64,000 bases of DNA, taken from positions 64,001 through 128,000 of the forward strand of contig JBMOPW010000044.1 in NCBI GenBank assembly GCA_049322915.1, read 5' to 3'. Source of the DNA: Candidatus Zhuqueibacterota bacterium (GTDB lineage: Bacteria > Zhuqueibacterota > Zhuqueibacteria > Thermofontimicrobiales > Thermofontimicrobiaceae). Below are positions 39,948 to 49,542 of this stretch, one piece after another. The position numbers and the translations under genes are program-made. The notes below the pieces were generated by a model, which saw only the letters and a list, made by a program, of their open reading frames with translations, made no database searches and was not told where the DNA came from. The number at the start of each line of letters is the position of its first letter. Positions within the stretch are counted from its first letter, which is position 1.

Positions 39948-42900
39948 ATGAAAAGAATTCTTTGGACATCGCTATTCATTTTTCTCATGGCGTACTGTGT
40001 CGTGGGACAGGAAGAGGCGCGACTGCTTCGGTTCCCGGCGATACAGAAGAACCAAATCGTCTTCACCTACGCCGGTGACCTTTACACCGTTTCTGCCGAT
40101 GGAGGCGCCGCGCGCAAATTGACTAACCACGATGGGATAGAAGTTTTTCCGCGATTCTCCAGTGACGGAAAGTGGATCGCGTTCACCGGTCAATACGATG
40201 GCAACACCGAAGTGTTCATGATGCCGGCGGAGGGCGGCATTCCCAAACGACTGACCTTCACCGCCACCCTGGGGCGCGATGATTTATCCGACCGCATGGG
40301 CCCCAATAACATTGTGATGGGCTGGAAGAATGGCCTGAATGAAATTGTCTTTCGGTCCCGAATGAAGTCCTACAATCCGTTCAACGGCGAATTGTACGTG
40401 GTCTCCACCGAGGGAGCCATGCCGGAACAACTGCCCCTGCCGCGCGGCGGATTTTGCTCCTATTCTCCGGATAACAAGAAGCTGGCCTACAACCGTATTT
40501 TCAGGGAATTCCGAACCTGGAAGCGCTATCGCGGCGGCATGGCAGACGATATCTGGGTTTATGATTTCGCCTCTAAAAAGATCGAGAACATTACGAACAA
40601 TCCTGCGCACGACATTATTCCCATGTGGAAAGGCGATAAAATTTATTTTCTGTCGGACCGCGATCCCATGCAGCGCATGAATTTATACGTCTATGACCTG
40701 ACCACCAAAACCACGAAACAGTTGACTGAATTCTCCGAATTCGATATCAAATTCCCATCGCTGGGCGACAACGCCATCGTGTTTGAAAATGGCGGCTATA
40801 TCTATCGCTTCGATCTGGCTTCGCAGCAAGCCAAAAAAGTCACCATTTTCATTGCTGACGACAAAGTAGCCGGCCGCTGTGAATATAAAAATGTAGGCAG
40901 CAATGTGTCCAATTTCGAAATTTCTCCGGACGGCAAACGGGCTCTGTTCGGCGCGCGCGGCGAAGTTTTTACGGTGCCAGCCGAGAATGGCCCGACGCGC
41001 AATTTGACCAGTTCGTCCGGTATTCATGAGCGGAATTCCAAATGGTCGCCGGATGGGAAATGGATTGCGTTCATCTCCGACAAGTCCGGAGAGGATGAAA
41101 TTTATCTCGTCGCCCAGGATGGAACTGGCGAACAGATTCAATTGACCAACGACAGAGACACCTACAAGTATCAGATTTACTGGTCGCCGGACAGCAAGAA
41201 AATCCTCTGGGGCGACCGGCTGCAACGGCTGCGCTATGTGGATATTCAAACCAAAAAAATCAAGGATGTGTTCGTCTCCAAAGTTTTTGAAATGAACGAT
41301 TATACCTGGTCGCCGGACAGCAAGTGGATTGCCTACACTCGTCCTGAGGCGGAAGTGATGAACAGAATCTACCTCTATTCGTTGGATCAGGATAAGACCT
41401 TCGAGGTCACCGAGGGCTGGTATGCATCGTCGAACCCGGTATTCAGCACGGACGGGAAGTACCTGTACTTTGTGTCCAATCGCGATTTCAATCCGGTGTA
41501 TGGCTGGACCGAGTTCAACCATATTTACCAGGATATGTCCCGGATTTATCTGGCGGCGTTGACCAAAGACGCGGAATCGCCGTTCAAACCGGTGAGTGAT
41601 GAGGTTGCTATTAAGAAAGAAGAAGCGCCGGCGGATTCGAAGAAGAAAGACGATAAAAAAGCCGACGCCGAGAAAAAACAGCCGGAGATCGCAGTTAAAG
41701 TGGATGCGGACGGATTGAGCAATCGCATCATCGGGCTGCCGATTCAATCGTCCGGGTATTTCAATCTGACCTCTGCCGGCGATAAATTGTACTACATGCG
41801 TCGCGGCAGCAAAGATCAGAAACCACTCCTGTTCATGTATGATTTGAAAAAGAAAAAGGAGACCGAGTTAGGCAGTCTGAATGGGTATGAGATTTCTGCC
41901 GACCAGAAGAAAATGCTCGTCTCTCAGAATCAGACCTATGCTATCATCGACCTGCCGCAGGGGCCGATCAAGATCGAGGACAAACTGGACCTGTCCGGCA
42001 TGGAAATCAAATTGAATCATTACAAGGAATGGGCTCAGATTTACGAGGAGAGCTGGCGGCAGATGCGCGAGTTCTTTTACGCGCCCAATATGCACGGCGT
42101 CGATTGGGTGGCGGTGAAAGAGAAATATCAACCCCTGGTGAAGCATGTCAACCATCGTGCGGATTTGACATACATCATCGGCGAAATGATCGGCGAATTG
42201 AATACCGGCCACACCTATGTCGGCGGCGGTGAAATGCCTCAGACAAAACGGATTTCCACCGGTCTGCTGGGCGCTCAGATTGAAAAAGACAAGGTGTCGG
42301 GCTATTTTCAAATCGGGAAAATTTTGAAGGGCCAGAATTGGACTAATGCCAATCGCTCGCCGTTGACAGAAATAGGGGTGAAGGCGAACGAAGGCGATTT
42401 CATCCTGGCAGTGAACGGCCAATCGACGAAGGACATGAACAATCTGTACGAAGCGCTGGTGAATACCGTGGGAAAACAGGTGACGTTGAAAATCAATGCG
42501 ACGCCGACGGAAGCCGGTAGCCATACTTCTGTTGTGTTGCCCATCGCTGATGAATCCAGCCTTTATTATTACAACTGGGTGGAAGGCAATATCAAAAAAG
42601 TGAATGACGCCACCGATGGGAAGGTCGGCTACATTCACGTGCCGGATATGGGCGCTTCCGGACTCAATGAATTTATCAAATATTTTTATCCGCAACTGAA
42701 AAAGAAGGCGCTCATCATCGACGTGCGCGGCAATGGCGGCGGCAATGTATCGCCCATGATAATCGAGCGACTGCGCCGTGAGGCTGCCATGATTACAATG
42801 GCTCGCAATACAGTGCCAGATGTGAATCCGTCGGAACAGGTGTGGGGACCCAAAGTGTGCCTCATCGATGAATTTTCAGCGTCCGATGGGGATATCTTTC

Positions 42901-43238
42901 CGTATCGGTTCAGGAAACATGAATTAGGAAAATTGATCGGCAAACGCACCTGGGGCGGCGTCGTGGGTATTCGCGGCAGTCTGCCTCTGCTGGATGGCGG
43001 CTATTTGAATAAACCGGAATTCTCCCGCTACGATCTTGAAGGCAAGGAGTGGATCATGGAAGGTCACGGCGTGGATCCGGATATTCCTGTGGAAAACGAC
43101 CCGGCGCTGGAGTTTGCCGGCGTGGATCAGCAGTTGAATAAAGCCATCGAGGTGATCCTGGATGAATTGAAAACGCAGGAAAAGACAATCCCTGAAATTC
43201 CGCCCTACCCGGTGAAAACACCTCAGCCAAAGAAGTAA
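39948..43238 (+). CDS. Tricorn protease homolog (S41), exported
   Basis: Signal peptide, PD40 propellers, WKRYRGG, GHTY, PDZ, DVRGNGGG, SASDGDIF, RTWGG. Confidence 0.95.
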   Translation: MKRILWTSLFIFLMAYCVVGQEEARLLRFPAIQKNQIVFTYAGDLYTVSADGGAARKLTNHDGIEVFPRFSSDGKWIAFTGQYDGNTEVFMMPAEGGIPKRLTFTATLGRDDLSDRMGPNNIVMGWKNGLNEIVFRSRMKSYNPFNGELYVVSTEGAMPEQLPLPRGGFCSYSPDNKKLAYNRIFREFRTWKRYRGGMADDIWVYDFASKKIENITNNPAHDIIPMWKGDKIYFLSDRDPMQRMNLYVYDLTTKTTKQLTEFSEFDIKFPSLGDNAIVFENGGYIYRFDLASQQAKKVTIFIADDKVAGRCEYKNVGSNVSNFEISPDGKRALFGARGEVFTVPAENGPTRNLTSSSGIHERNSKWSPDGKWIAFISDKSGEDEIYLVAQDGTGEQIQLTNDRDTYKYQIYWSPDSKKILWGDRLQRLRYVDIQTKKIKDVFVSKVFEMNDYTWSPDSKWIAYTRPEAEVMNRIYLYSLDQDKTFEVTEGWYASSNPVFSTDGKYLYFVSNRDFNPVYGWTEFNHIYQDMSRIYLAALTKDAESPFKPVSDEVAIKKEEAPADSKKKDDKKADAEKKQPEIAVKVDADGLSNRIIGLPIQSSGYFNLTSAGDKLYYMRRGSKDQKPLLFMYDLKKKKETELGSLNGYEISADQKKMLVSQNQTYAIIDLPQGPIKIEDKLDLSGMEIKLNHYKEWAQIYEESWRQMREFFYAPNMHGVDWVAVKEKYQPLVKHVNHRADLTYIIGEMIGELNTGHTYVGGGEMPQTKRISTGLLGAQIEKDKVSGYFQIGKILKGQNWTNANRSPLTEIGVKANEGDFILAVNGQSTKDMNNLYEALVNTVGKQVTLKINATPTEAGSHTSVVLPIADESSLYYYNWVEGNIKKVNDATDGKVGYIHVPDMGASGLNEFIKYFYPQLKKKALIIDVRGNGGGNVSPMIIERLRREAAMITMARNTVPDVNPSEQVWGPKVCLIDEFSASDGDIFPYRFRKHELGKLIGKRTWGGVVGIRGSLPLLDGGYLNKPEFSRYDLEGKEWIMEGHGVDPDIPVENDPALEFAGVDQQLNKAIEVILDELKTQEKTIPEIPPYPVKTPQPKK

Positions 43239-43253
43239 ACAATTTTCGCAGCG

Positions 43254-43299
43254 AACCTCCCGCTTCTCACAGATCGGGAATCGGGAGGTTCCCTCTTTT
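43254..43299 (+). terminator. Probable terminator
   Basis: AACCTCCCG/CGGGAGGTT stem. Confidence 0.55.
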
Positions 43300-43439
43300 C
43301 ATCTTCAGTTACCGCTCTATGCCAACTCTCAAATCCCCTGCACAGGTCGTTTCCCTTCGTCGCTGCGGCAGCCGCATGAAAATACATTGGACAAAGACGC
43401 CGGAACTTATCGTCGCACCAGCGCCATTGTCGTGAACGG

Positions 43440-43979
43440 TCATTGTTTCGGTGGAAATTTTTCCATCACCTTTTCGACGGCGGCTAACAGATTTTTCCCG
43501 GGGTCTGACCGATCCAGCACGCCGGTCCCCACGCCGCGCCAGACCAGCTCATGCTTTCCCCGATCCACAATATCGATAATCAGTGTGCCCTGCTTGTAAT
43601 GGTAGACATGGCCCGGCGTCACCCAGCGCCGGCCGAAACGACCGATGTGATAGGTTGGCGGGGTTATCTGCGCTTTGTTTTTTGCCGTCGCGTAGAACGC
43701 AATGAGGAAATCAGCCTGTTCGGCTTCGGCGGCCTCCCGGAAACCCTTCTGCGTAAGTACGGCGCTGATTTCTCTGCCGGTCTGTTTCACAAAGAGCGGA
43801 TCTCTGATCACTGCCGGCTTCGCCATCTGCTTGTCCTGCACATCTTTTGGCGGGACAAAGTGGAAGGTTTTGTACTGGCTGAAATTGAACTGATCATCGT
43901 AGTCCACGACAACCTTCACCGAGGAACAACCAGCCAGGAACGCGAACAGGATCAATGCGAGAAAAGCATAACGTTTCAT
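43440..43979 (-). CDS. DUF4136-family lipoprotein
   Basis: Lipobox FLAGC; DYD...FSQYKTF, YKQGTLIIDIVD...LVWRG, KFPP. Confidence 0.88.
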   Translation of the reverse strand: MKRYAFLALILFAFLAGCSSVKVVVDYDDQFNFSQYKTFHFVPPKDVQDKQMAKPAVIRDPLFVKQTGREISAVLTQKGFREAAEAEQADFLIAFYATAKNKAQITPPTYHIGRFGRRWVTPGHVYHYKQGTLIIDIVDRGKHELVWRGVGTGVLDRSDPGKNLLAAVEKVMEKFPPKQ

Positions 43980-43991
43980 AGATGACTCCTT

Positions 43992-46900
43992 TCAATGAGT
44001 TGACGAATTTGCCCTACGGCTTGCCATGAATGTATCCAGAATGGCGGACATCATTTTATTCCGCCAGGTCTCTTCAATGATGGATTCAAAGGGAAATCCG
44101 AGAACGAACAGGGTGGACACCCCGGAATAGTGGATGCCGGCGCTGAACTTATTTTCCGCGTAGCGCAGCAGGGTCGTTGCACCGTTGACCGGATCGATTG
44201 CGTCCGACGACTCGACCGGATAGAGGCCGGAGACGCGGCCTGTATTGAACTGGAATTCCGAAAATCGGGGCGCGATCAGGGAGTCCGCGCAGAACACGCG
44301 CCCGGTGGCCGCGGCAAAATCGGTCTGCCACTGGAAATGCAGCGTGTATTGAGCGAATAACCGGTCAGCCGCGTGCGGGCTTCGGGCCAGGTCGCTGCCT
44401 ACAAAGGCGCCGGACACGAACAGGCATCCGCCGGATTCGCAGAACGATTGCAGGCAGTTTTGCAGCGGCGCCGGGAACGTCTGATAATTGAAGTCCCAGG
44501 GTTTCCGCGAGGCGCTTTCGAGACTATCCATTGGAAAGGGCGAGGTTTTTTCTTCGCCAAGAATTAAATCGACCATCGTGTACCGGCCAATATCCAGACA
44601 GTGCTCCATCACCGCTTCATCGCTGGCGCAGATGAACGAAGCGCCGTAATTCCGGATGGCGCGGCCGTGGATCATGGGAAAATCGAATGAGTTGCCGGGG
44701 ATCAACCGGGTCTCTAAATTGGCCTGACTCGCCCCAAATCCTGGCCCGTCATTGGAGCGAAATTTTGAAGCCGGAGAGAAATCGTATTGCGCGCCGGTGA
44801 AGTTGAACTCAAATCGATCCGGCACGCCGGGATCGATGAATCTGGCGAATCCTTTGAAATTCGGCTCATCGATCCATTGCGGGGGAGCAATCCGGTCGAA
44901 ACCATTGACGATAAGGACCGGCTGACGCGGATTTTCATTCCAGCAAACCGAGAGGATCTCCGATGGAAAACTCTCGCCGCCGTCGTTGATGGCGGTGACC
45001 TTGAAGCTGTAAATCACGCCTTTTTTGAGCGGTCCCAACGTGAATCCGGCCGAGTCGACCACGGTTCCGTTATCAAAACCTGAGTTTTCGATTCGCGTGT
45101 ACACGACATACTTTTGCGGCGCAGCGGACGGCTCCAGTGGATCGTGCACCGGCCGCCATCGGAGCGTCACTTCGGCGGAGTCTGAAAAGAACGAATGGAC
45201 ATGCGACACCGGCAATGGCTGCACCACATAATCGGCGCGGTATTGCGCGGACAGAAATTTCAACATGCCTTTGTAAATCGCGCGCGATACATCGAAGCGG
45301 AACTGCGGCGACAGCGCGTATTGCATGTCGATAAAATTTTGATGCGACAGTAATTCCAACAGGCACGATGGGACATTGGGTCGCTTCGCCTCGGCGTAGT
45401 CGGCGTTCATCAGAGCGCGCCGGGACCAGTCGGGCCGGTAGCGCGAGCGGATATCCTCCACCAGTTGGGTCTGTAAAATATCAGCCAGATCGCGATTGGC
45501 CAGCCGCGACATGCCGTCCGGGAACAAGGCGCTTGAATTGACGTCCGGAACCGAGTAAATCATGAGCGTGCCAATGGTGCTGTCGCCAATGCCGGCGTCG
45601 GTGTGAAACGAAAGCGTGGCGTCGATTGGGATGTTCAGGCCGTCGATGTCGCGATTGGCATTGGGGCCGCAGGGATCCCCTTTCAAATAATTGACGAACT
45701 CGGAGCGGCCCATGTAATCATCATTGTAGTCATTGCTGTCCGCATGAAAATTGTAAACGAGCGAATCCGGCATGCCGGCGTACTGGAGATAATAGCGGGC
45801 GCCTTCGGCGAAGCGGGGATAGCCGCTGACACAGCCGCCGCGGACGATATTGCCCATGCCTCCGCCGAAACGAACCGCATCCGCGGAGATGATTTTTCCA
45901 GGATGAGCGCTTCGATTTTCTATCGTCACTTTGCCATTTGCCGGATTAAAACCTTTTTCGAATTTGAACTGTCCCAGATACAACCAGGTATTTCCAGCCA
46001 TTTGTTGATTGACGACAAAATCGGTGCGGCCGCCGCTGTGATAGACCGAATACCGCGCATCCGGCGCGTGAAGCTCCGACGCTGTGTAGGCGATCTGAAC
46101 GCTGTAATCCCCGGTCTCAGGAATATCCGGGATCCACTCGGCGCGGGCAGTTGCCGTCGATTCGGAAAGGCAAAACCGATGGCTTCCGTGAGCGAAAGGA
46201 TTGTAGTTTACCGGGTAGGGCCGCTGACCAATGGCGAAACCGGCGCTGGCGCCTCTCTGCCATTGCCTGGCTTCGACTTCACGATATTCTCCGGCTGTGC
46301 TGGAATCGTTGTCCACAATCACTTCGTGGGTTTGAATATCCCGCTCGCGGCAGAGAAAAACAACGGCGCCGGCGTTTTCCAGCATGGGCGTCACGTAGGG
46401 CAACACAAACGCTGTGGGCAGCAAGTCCTCCACGGTGGTGAACAGACGCGGCCGCTGCCATTCCCAGCGATCATTCTCGTTGGAATAATAATAGCCATGA
46501 CTGTGCCGAATGACAATGTGCCGATTGAACAGTCCGCGCTGCGGCAGTCGATTCTCTCTGCTCGGTGAATAGAAAATCGGCGTCGATTGGGGCTGTGGCG
46601 ATATGGGCATTCGCGAAAGGTCCCAGGCAAGCGTGTCCTGTCGGTAGAAGTTGGGCACCAGGTTTTCGATGGGCTCGGTGATTGTGACAAGGTGGATGCT
46701 GAAATTTTTGAATTTCCGTCCCAGATACCTTTCGAACAACCGATAAATGGCGGCGTTCTGGTCGTCGCGAAACGGCTGGAATGAGAAGTGCTTGCTCAGA
46801 TAAATGGTGAGATCAAGTTCCTCCTGATCAATGAAGAGCGAATCAGCTTTCGAGTGAATGGGGATCGGGCCGCGGGCGTCGCCGGACATATTTTCGGCGA

Positions 46901-47051
46901 GGCAGGCGTTCACCCGCTTCAGCGCCTCGGCGGTCAGGTTTTGTTTTTTCCACGCCTGATAGTCCGCGGTGGTTTTGAACAGTCGGGCGCAGCTATTGAA
47001 AAGCGTCAGAAGAATGAGGATGGTGAAAAGAAAAAAGTGTCTCGATTTCAA
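43992..47051 (-). CDS. Amidase_3-like lipoprotein with golvesin-like insertion and FN3 (family often labelled xanthan lyase)
   Basis: HSHGYYY, WEWQRPRLFTTVED, PMLENAGA, ADAVRFGGG, SFHTDAG, LLELLSH, FN3 YSFKVTAIN.GGES; TTG start 47051 after GGGAG. Confidence 0.75.
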   Translation of the reverse strand: MKSRHFFLFTILILLTLFNSCARLFKTTADYQAWKKQNLTAEALKRVNACLAENMSGDARGPIPIHSKADSLFIDQEELDLTIYLSKHFSFQPFRDDQNAAIYRLFERYLGRKFKNFSIHLVTITEPIENLVPNFYRQDTLAWDLSRMPISPQPQSTPIFYSPSRENRLPQRGLFNRHIVIRHSHGYYYSNENDRWEWQRPRLFTTVEDLLPTAFVLPYVTPMLENAGAVVFLCRERDIQTHEVIVDNDSSTAGEYREVEARQWQRGASAGFAIGQRPYPVNYNPFAHGSHRFCLSESTATARAEWIPDIPETGDYSVQIAYTASELHAPDARYSVYHSGGRTDFVVNQQMAGNTWLYLGQFKFEKGFNPANGKVTIENRSAHPGKIISADAVRFGGGMGNIVRGGCVSGYPRFAEGARYYLQYAGMPDSLVYNFHADSNDYNDDYMGRSEFVNYLKGDPCGPNANRDIDGLNIPIDATLSFHTDAGIGDSTIGTLMIYSVPDVNSSALFPDGMSRLANRDLADILQTQLVEDIRSRYRPDWSRRALMNADYAEAKRPNVPSCLLELLSHQNFIDMQYALSPQFRFDVSRAIYKGMLKFLSAQYRADYVVQPLPVSHVHSFFSDSAEVTLRWRPVHDPLEPSAAPQKYVVYTRIENSGFDNGTVVDSAGFTLGPLKKGVIYSFKVTAINDGGESFPSEILSVCWNENPRQPVLIVNGFDRIAPPQWIDEPNFKGFARFIDPGVPDRFEFNFTGAQYDFSPASKFRSNDGPGFGASQANLETRLIPGNSFDFPMIHGRAIRNYGASFICASDEAVMEHCLDIGRYTMVDLILGEEKTSPFPMDSLESASRKPWDFNYQTFPAPLQNCLQSFCESGGCLFVSGAFVGSDLARSPHAADRLFAQYTLHFQWQTDFAAATGRVFCADSLIAPRFSEFQFNTGRVSGLYPVESSDAIDPVNGATTLLRYAENKFSAGIHYSGVSTLFVLGFPFESIIEETWRNKMMSAILDTFMASRRANSSTH

Positions 47052-47086
47052 TGGTTCTCCCTTCCCAAAAATCGTGATTGCTTCAG

Positions 47087-47247
47087 CCTGCATTATTCAT
47101 AGTATTTTTAAAGGAGGCTGGCTAACCTGAATGGTGCTCTTTTTAGAATAAATGTATAAAAACTGAGTTTCAAAATAGCTTAGCCTTTAGCTAATTGAAA
47201 ATCTGAATGTTGACTCAAATTCTGAGCAAGTTCATGAATAATTCAGG
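47087..47247 (-). mobile_element. 161-bp MITE copy 2 (inverted relative to copy 1)
   Basis: Reverse complement matches 30049-30209 with 3 mismatches by manual alignment. Confidence 0.85.
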
Positions 47248-47816
47248 TTAGAGATGATGACACGCCGCGACCAGTCTGAACCGGCGGTCGAAAGCGTCTG
47301 AAAAGCAGGGCGCTTTCATATTCATCAGGAATGCCTGTCGGCGACGCCCTTTATCGTGAAGATTTGGAAACGCGGCGTTGAAATTCCGCGCGATCGTCCT
47401 GATGGCGGATTGTCGATTGATATATGATAAAAATTTTGAGGAATAATCCAAGATATTTTTTGGTAATTATTCGGCCCTGCGTTGGGAATTCTTTCAGCGA
47501 CGATGGAACTTAAAATATCTTCGGGTCGTTATAAGTGTTGACATTTTTTTGATGCACTAACAATATATCGAATTTATTGAATGTTATCGACTTTTATTTC
47601 CGGGGTGTTCAACAACTGGAGGGCGTTTTTATTTGATAAAAGTTCTGCTTGATGATCTCGCGCATTATAACTCCTTTTAATAAATAATCAAATCAACTTC
47701 GGAATGTCAACGGAATCACACGGCAATTCGCAACGCCGAGTTGCAGACATCGTGCAATCACTGGTTCGGTTCGCATTCCTGATTCCTGAATTTGAATCGT
47801 AACAGAGGGATACGTT

Positions 47817-48815
47817 ATGATTGAATTGAAACACGTCAGTAAAAACTATGGACTCACAAAGGCGCTGGATGATGTCAGCTTCTCCGTGAAAAAAGGGGAG
47901 ATCGTCGGCTTTGTGGGACCGAACGGCGCCGGGAAATCGACGGCCATGAAAATCATTACGACTTATACCGCTCCGACGTCCGGGACGGCTTCCGTGGGTG
48001 GTTTCGATGTGCTGGCAAATCCCATCGACGTTCGAAAACTAATCGGCTACCTGCCGGAAACTGTGCCTCTCTATTATGACATGCTCGTCTCCGAGTATCT
48101 GGAATTTATCGGTGAAGCGCGGCATCTGAATGGGCAATTCAAGCCGCGGTTCGATTGGGTGGTGCAGGCCACCGGATTGGGTTCGGTTCTCAAACGGAAA
48201 ATTGGCGTTCTCTCCAAAGGGTACAAACAGCGAACCTGTCTGGCCCAGGCGCTCATTCACGATCCGGATGTCCTGATTCTTGATGAGCCGACTTCGGGTC
48301 TGGATCCGCTCCAGATCATTGGGATACGCAATCTGATCAAAGACCTGGCCCACGAAAAGACCATTATTCTGAGCACGCACATCCTGCCGGAAGTGGCCAC
48401 GATTTCGGATCGCATCCTCGTTATCAATGGCGGCAAGATCGTCGCTGACGGTACATTTGAGGAGTTGCGGCAGAAAGTGACGGAGCGGCGCTCGCTTTAT
48501 CTGGCCGTTCGCGCCACCAAAAAGGATTTTGAAACAGCGATCAAATCGATTCCTGAAATTCAGGACATGCAGTACGATGGCTCTGTGCCTCGCGGCGTTG
48601 TTGGCTACCACCTGTACGCGTCGTCCAAAACCGATCTCGTCCCCAAACTGAACGAATTGATACGTGATAACAAATGGGATATTGTGGAATTTCAACAGGA
48701 AAAATTATCATTGGAAGATTCATTCATTCGGTTGACCCAGACGAAACATAGTCCGGCAGAAGCGCATGCCGGGGCCGCGAATCATTCTGAAACCGAGAAA
48801 GGAGGTGACGCATGA
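47817..48815 (+). CDS. ABC transporter ATPase (GldA-like)
   Basis: GPNGAGKST, GYLPE, LSKGYKQR, LILDEPTSGLDP, STHIL. Confidence 0.93.
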   Translation: MIELKHVSKNYGLTKALDDVSFSVKKGEIVGFVGPNGAGKSTAMKIITTYTAPTSGTASVGGFDVLANPIDVRKLIGYLPETVPLYYDMLVSEYLEFIGEARHLNGQFKPRFDWVVQATGLGSVLKRKIGVLSKGYKQRTCLAQALIHDPDVLILDEPTSGLDPLQIIGIRNLIKDLAHEKTIILSTHILPEVATISDRILVINGGKIVADGTFEELRQKVTERRSLYLAVRATKKDFETAIKSIPEIQDMQYDGSVPRGVVGYHLYASSKTDLVPKLNELIRDNKWDIVEFQQEKLSLEDSFIRLTQTKHSPAEAHAGAANHSETEKGGDA

Positions 48816-49540
48816 AGGATATTGGAATCATTTTTCGCCGCGAATTTCGAACCTATTTTTATTCGCCCATTGCGTATGTCTTCAGCATCATTTTTATCAT
48901 TTTGAATTCAGGCCTGTACATGTTCCATTTCTTCTTCTTTGGCACAGCGGATATGCGCGCCTTTTTTTCATCCCTGCCATTGACGCTGGGATTGATTTTC
49001 ATCCCGGCAATTTCCATGCGACTTTGGTCCGAAGAACACAAATTAGGCACGGTGGAGCTATTGCTCACCCTGCCCATGAAAACCGAGCACATTGTACTGG
49101 GAAAATTTTTCGCCAGCTTCTTGTTCTATCTGGTGGCGCTGGCCGGAACGCTGGTCATTCCCATCATGCTGGTGATTCTGGGCAAACCGGATTTCGGGCC
49201 GATTTTCGGTGGTTATTTCGGCGCGATTCTGTTGGGAGCGTTTTTCCTGGCAGTGGGAATTTTCATCTCCAGCTTCTTCGCAGATCAGATCGTCTCGCTC
49301 ATCATCACCAGCCTCGCCTGCGGCTTTCTGGCGATCATCGGCTGGCAATATGTCCCCATGGTCATTGATGGCTGGGTATCCGGTCTGGGAGAATTTCTGT
49401 ACAATTATGTCGGCGTCACCCGGCATTTCAATGATATCGAGCGCGGGGTCGTTGATCTGAAAAGCATCATTTATTTTCTGTCCTTTACGGTTTTATTCCT
49501 CTATCTGAACGCCAAGTCACTGGAAAGGAGGAAATTCTAA
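48812..49540 (+). CDS. ABC-2 permease (GldF-like)
   Basis: REFRTYFYSPIAY, PAISMRLWSEE...GTVELLLTLP, GKF, RGVVD. Confidence 0.92.
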   Translation: MKDIGIIFRREFRTYFYSPIAYVFSIIFIILNSGLYMFHFFFFGTADMRAFFSSLPLTLGLIFIPAISMRLWSEEHKLGTVELLLTLPMKTEHIVLGKFFASFLFYLVALAGTLVIPIMLVILGKPDFGPIFGGYFGAILLGAFFLAVGIFISSFFADQIVSLIITSLACGFLAIIGWQYVPMVIDGWVSGLGEFLYNYVGVTRHFNDIERGVVDLKSIIYFLSFTVLFLYLNAKSLERRKF

Positions 49541-49542
49541 TC

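Noticed and set aside
30210..47086. Composite transposon or genomic island bounded by the two MITE copies
   Set aside because: No transposase, no matching outer target duplication, and the cargo includes core-like genes (PpiD-like, pepD)
47052..47093. ATG 47093 as native start of the amidase-like gene
   Set aside because: It lies inside the MITE end; TTG 47051 has an SD and begins the signal peptide
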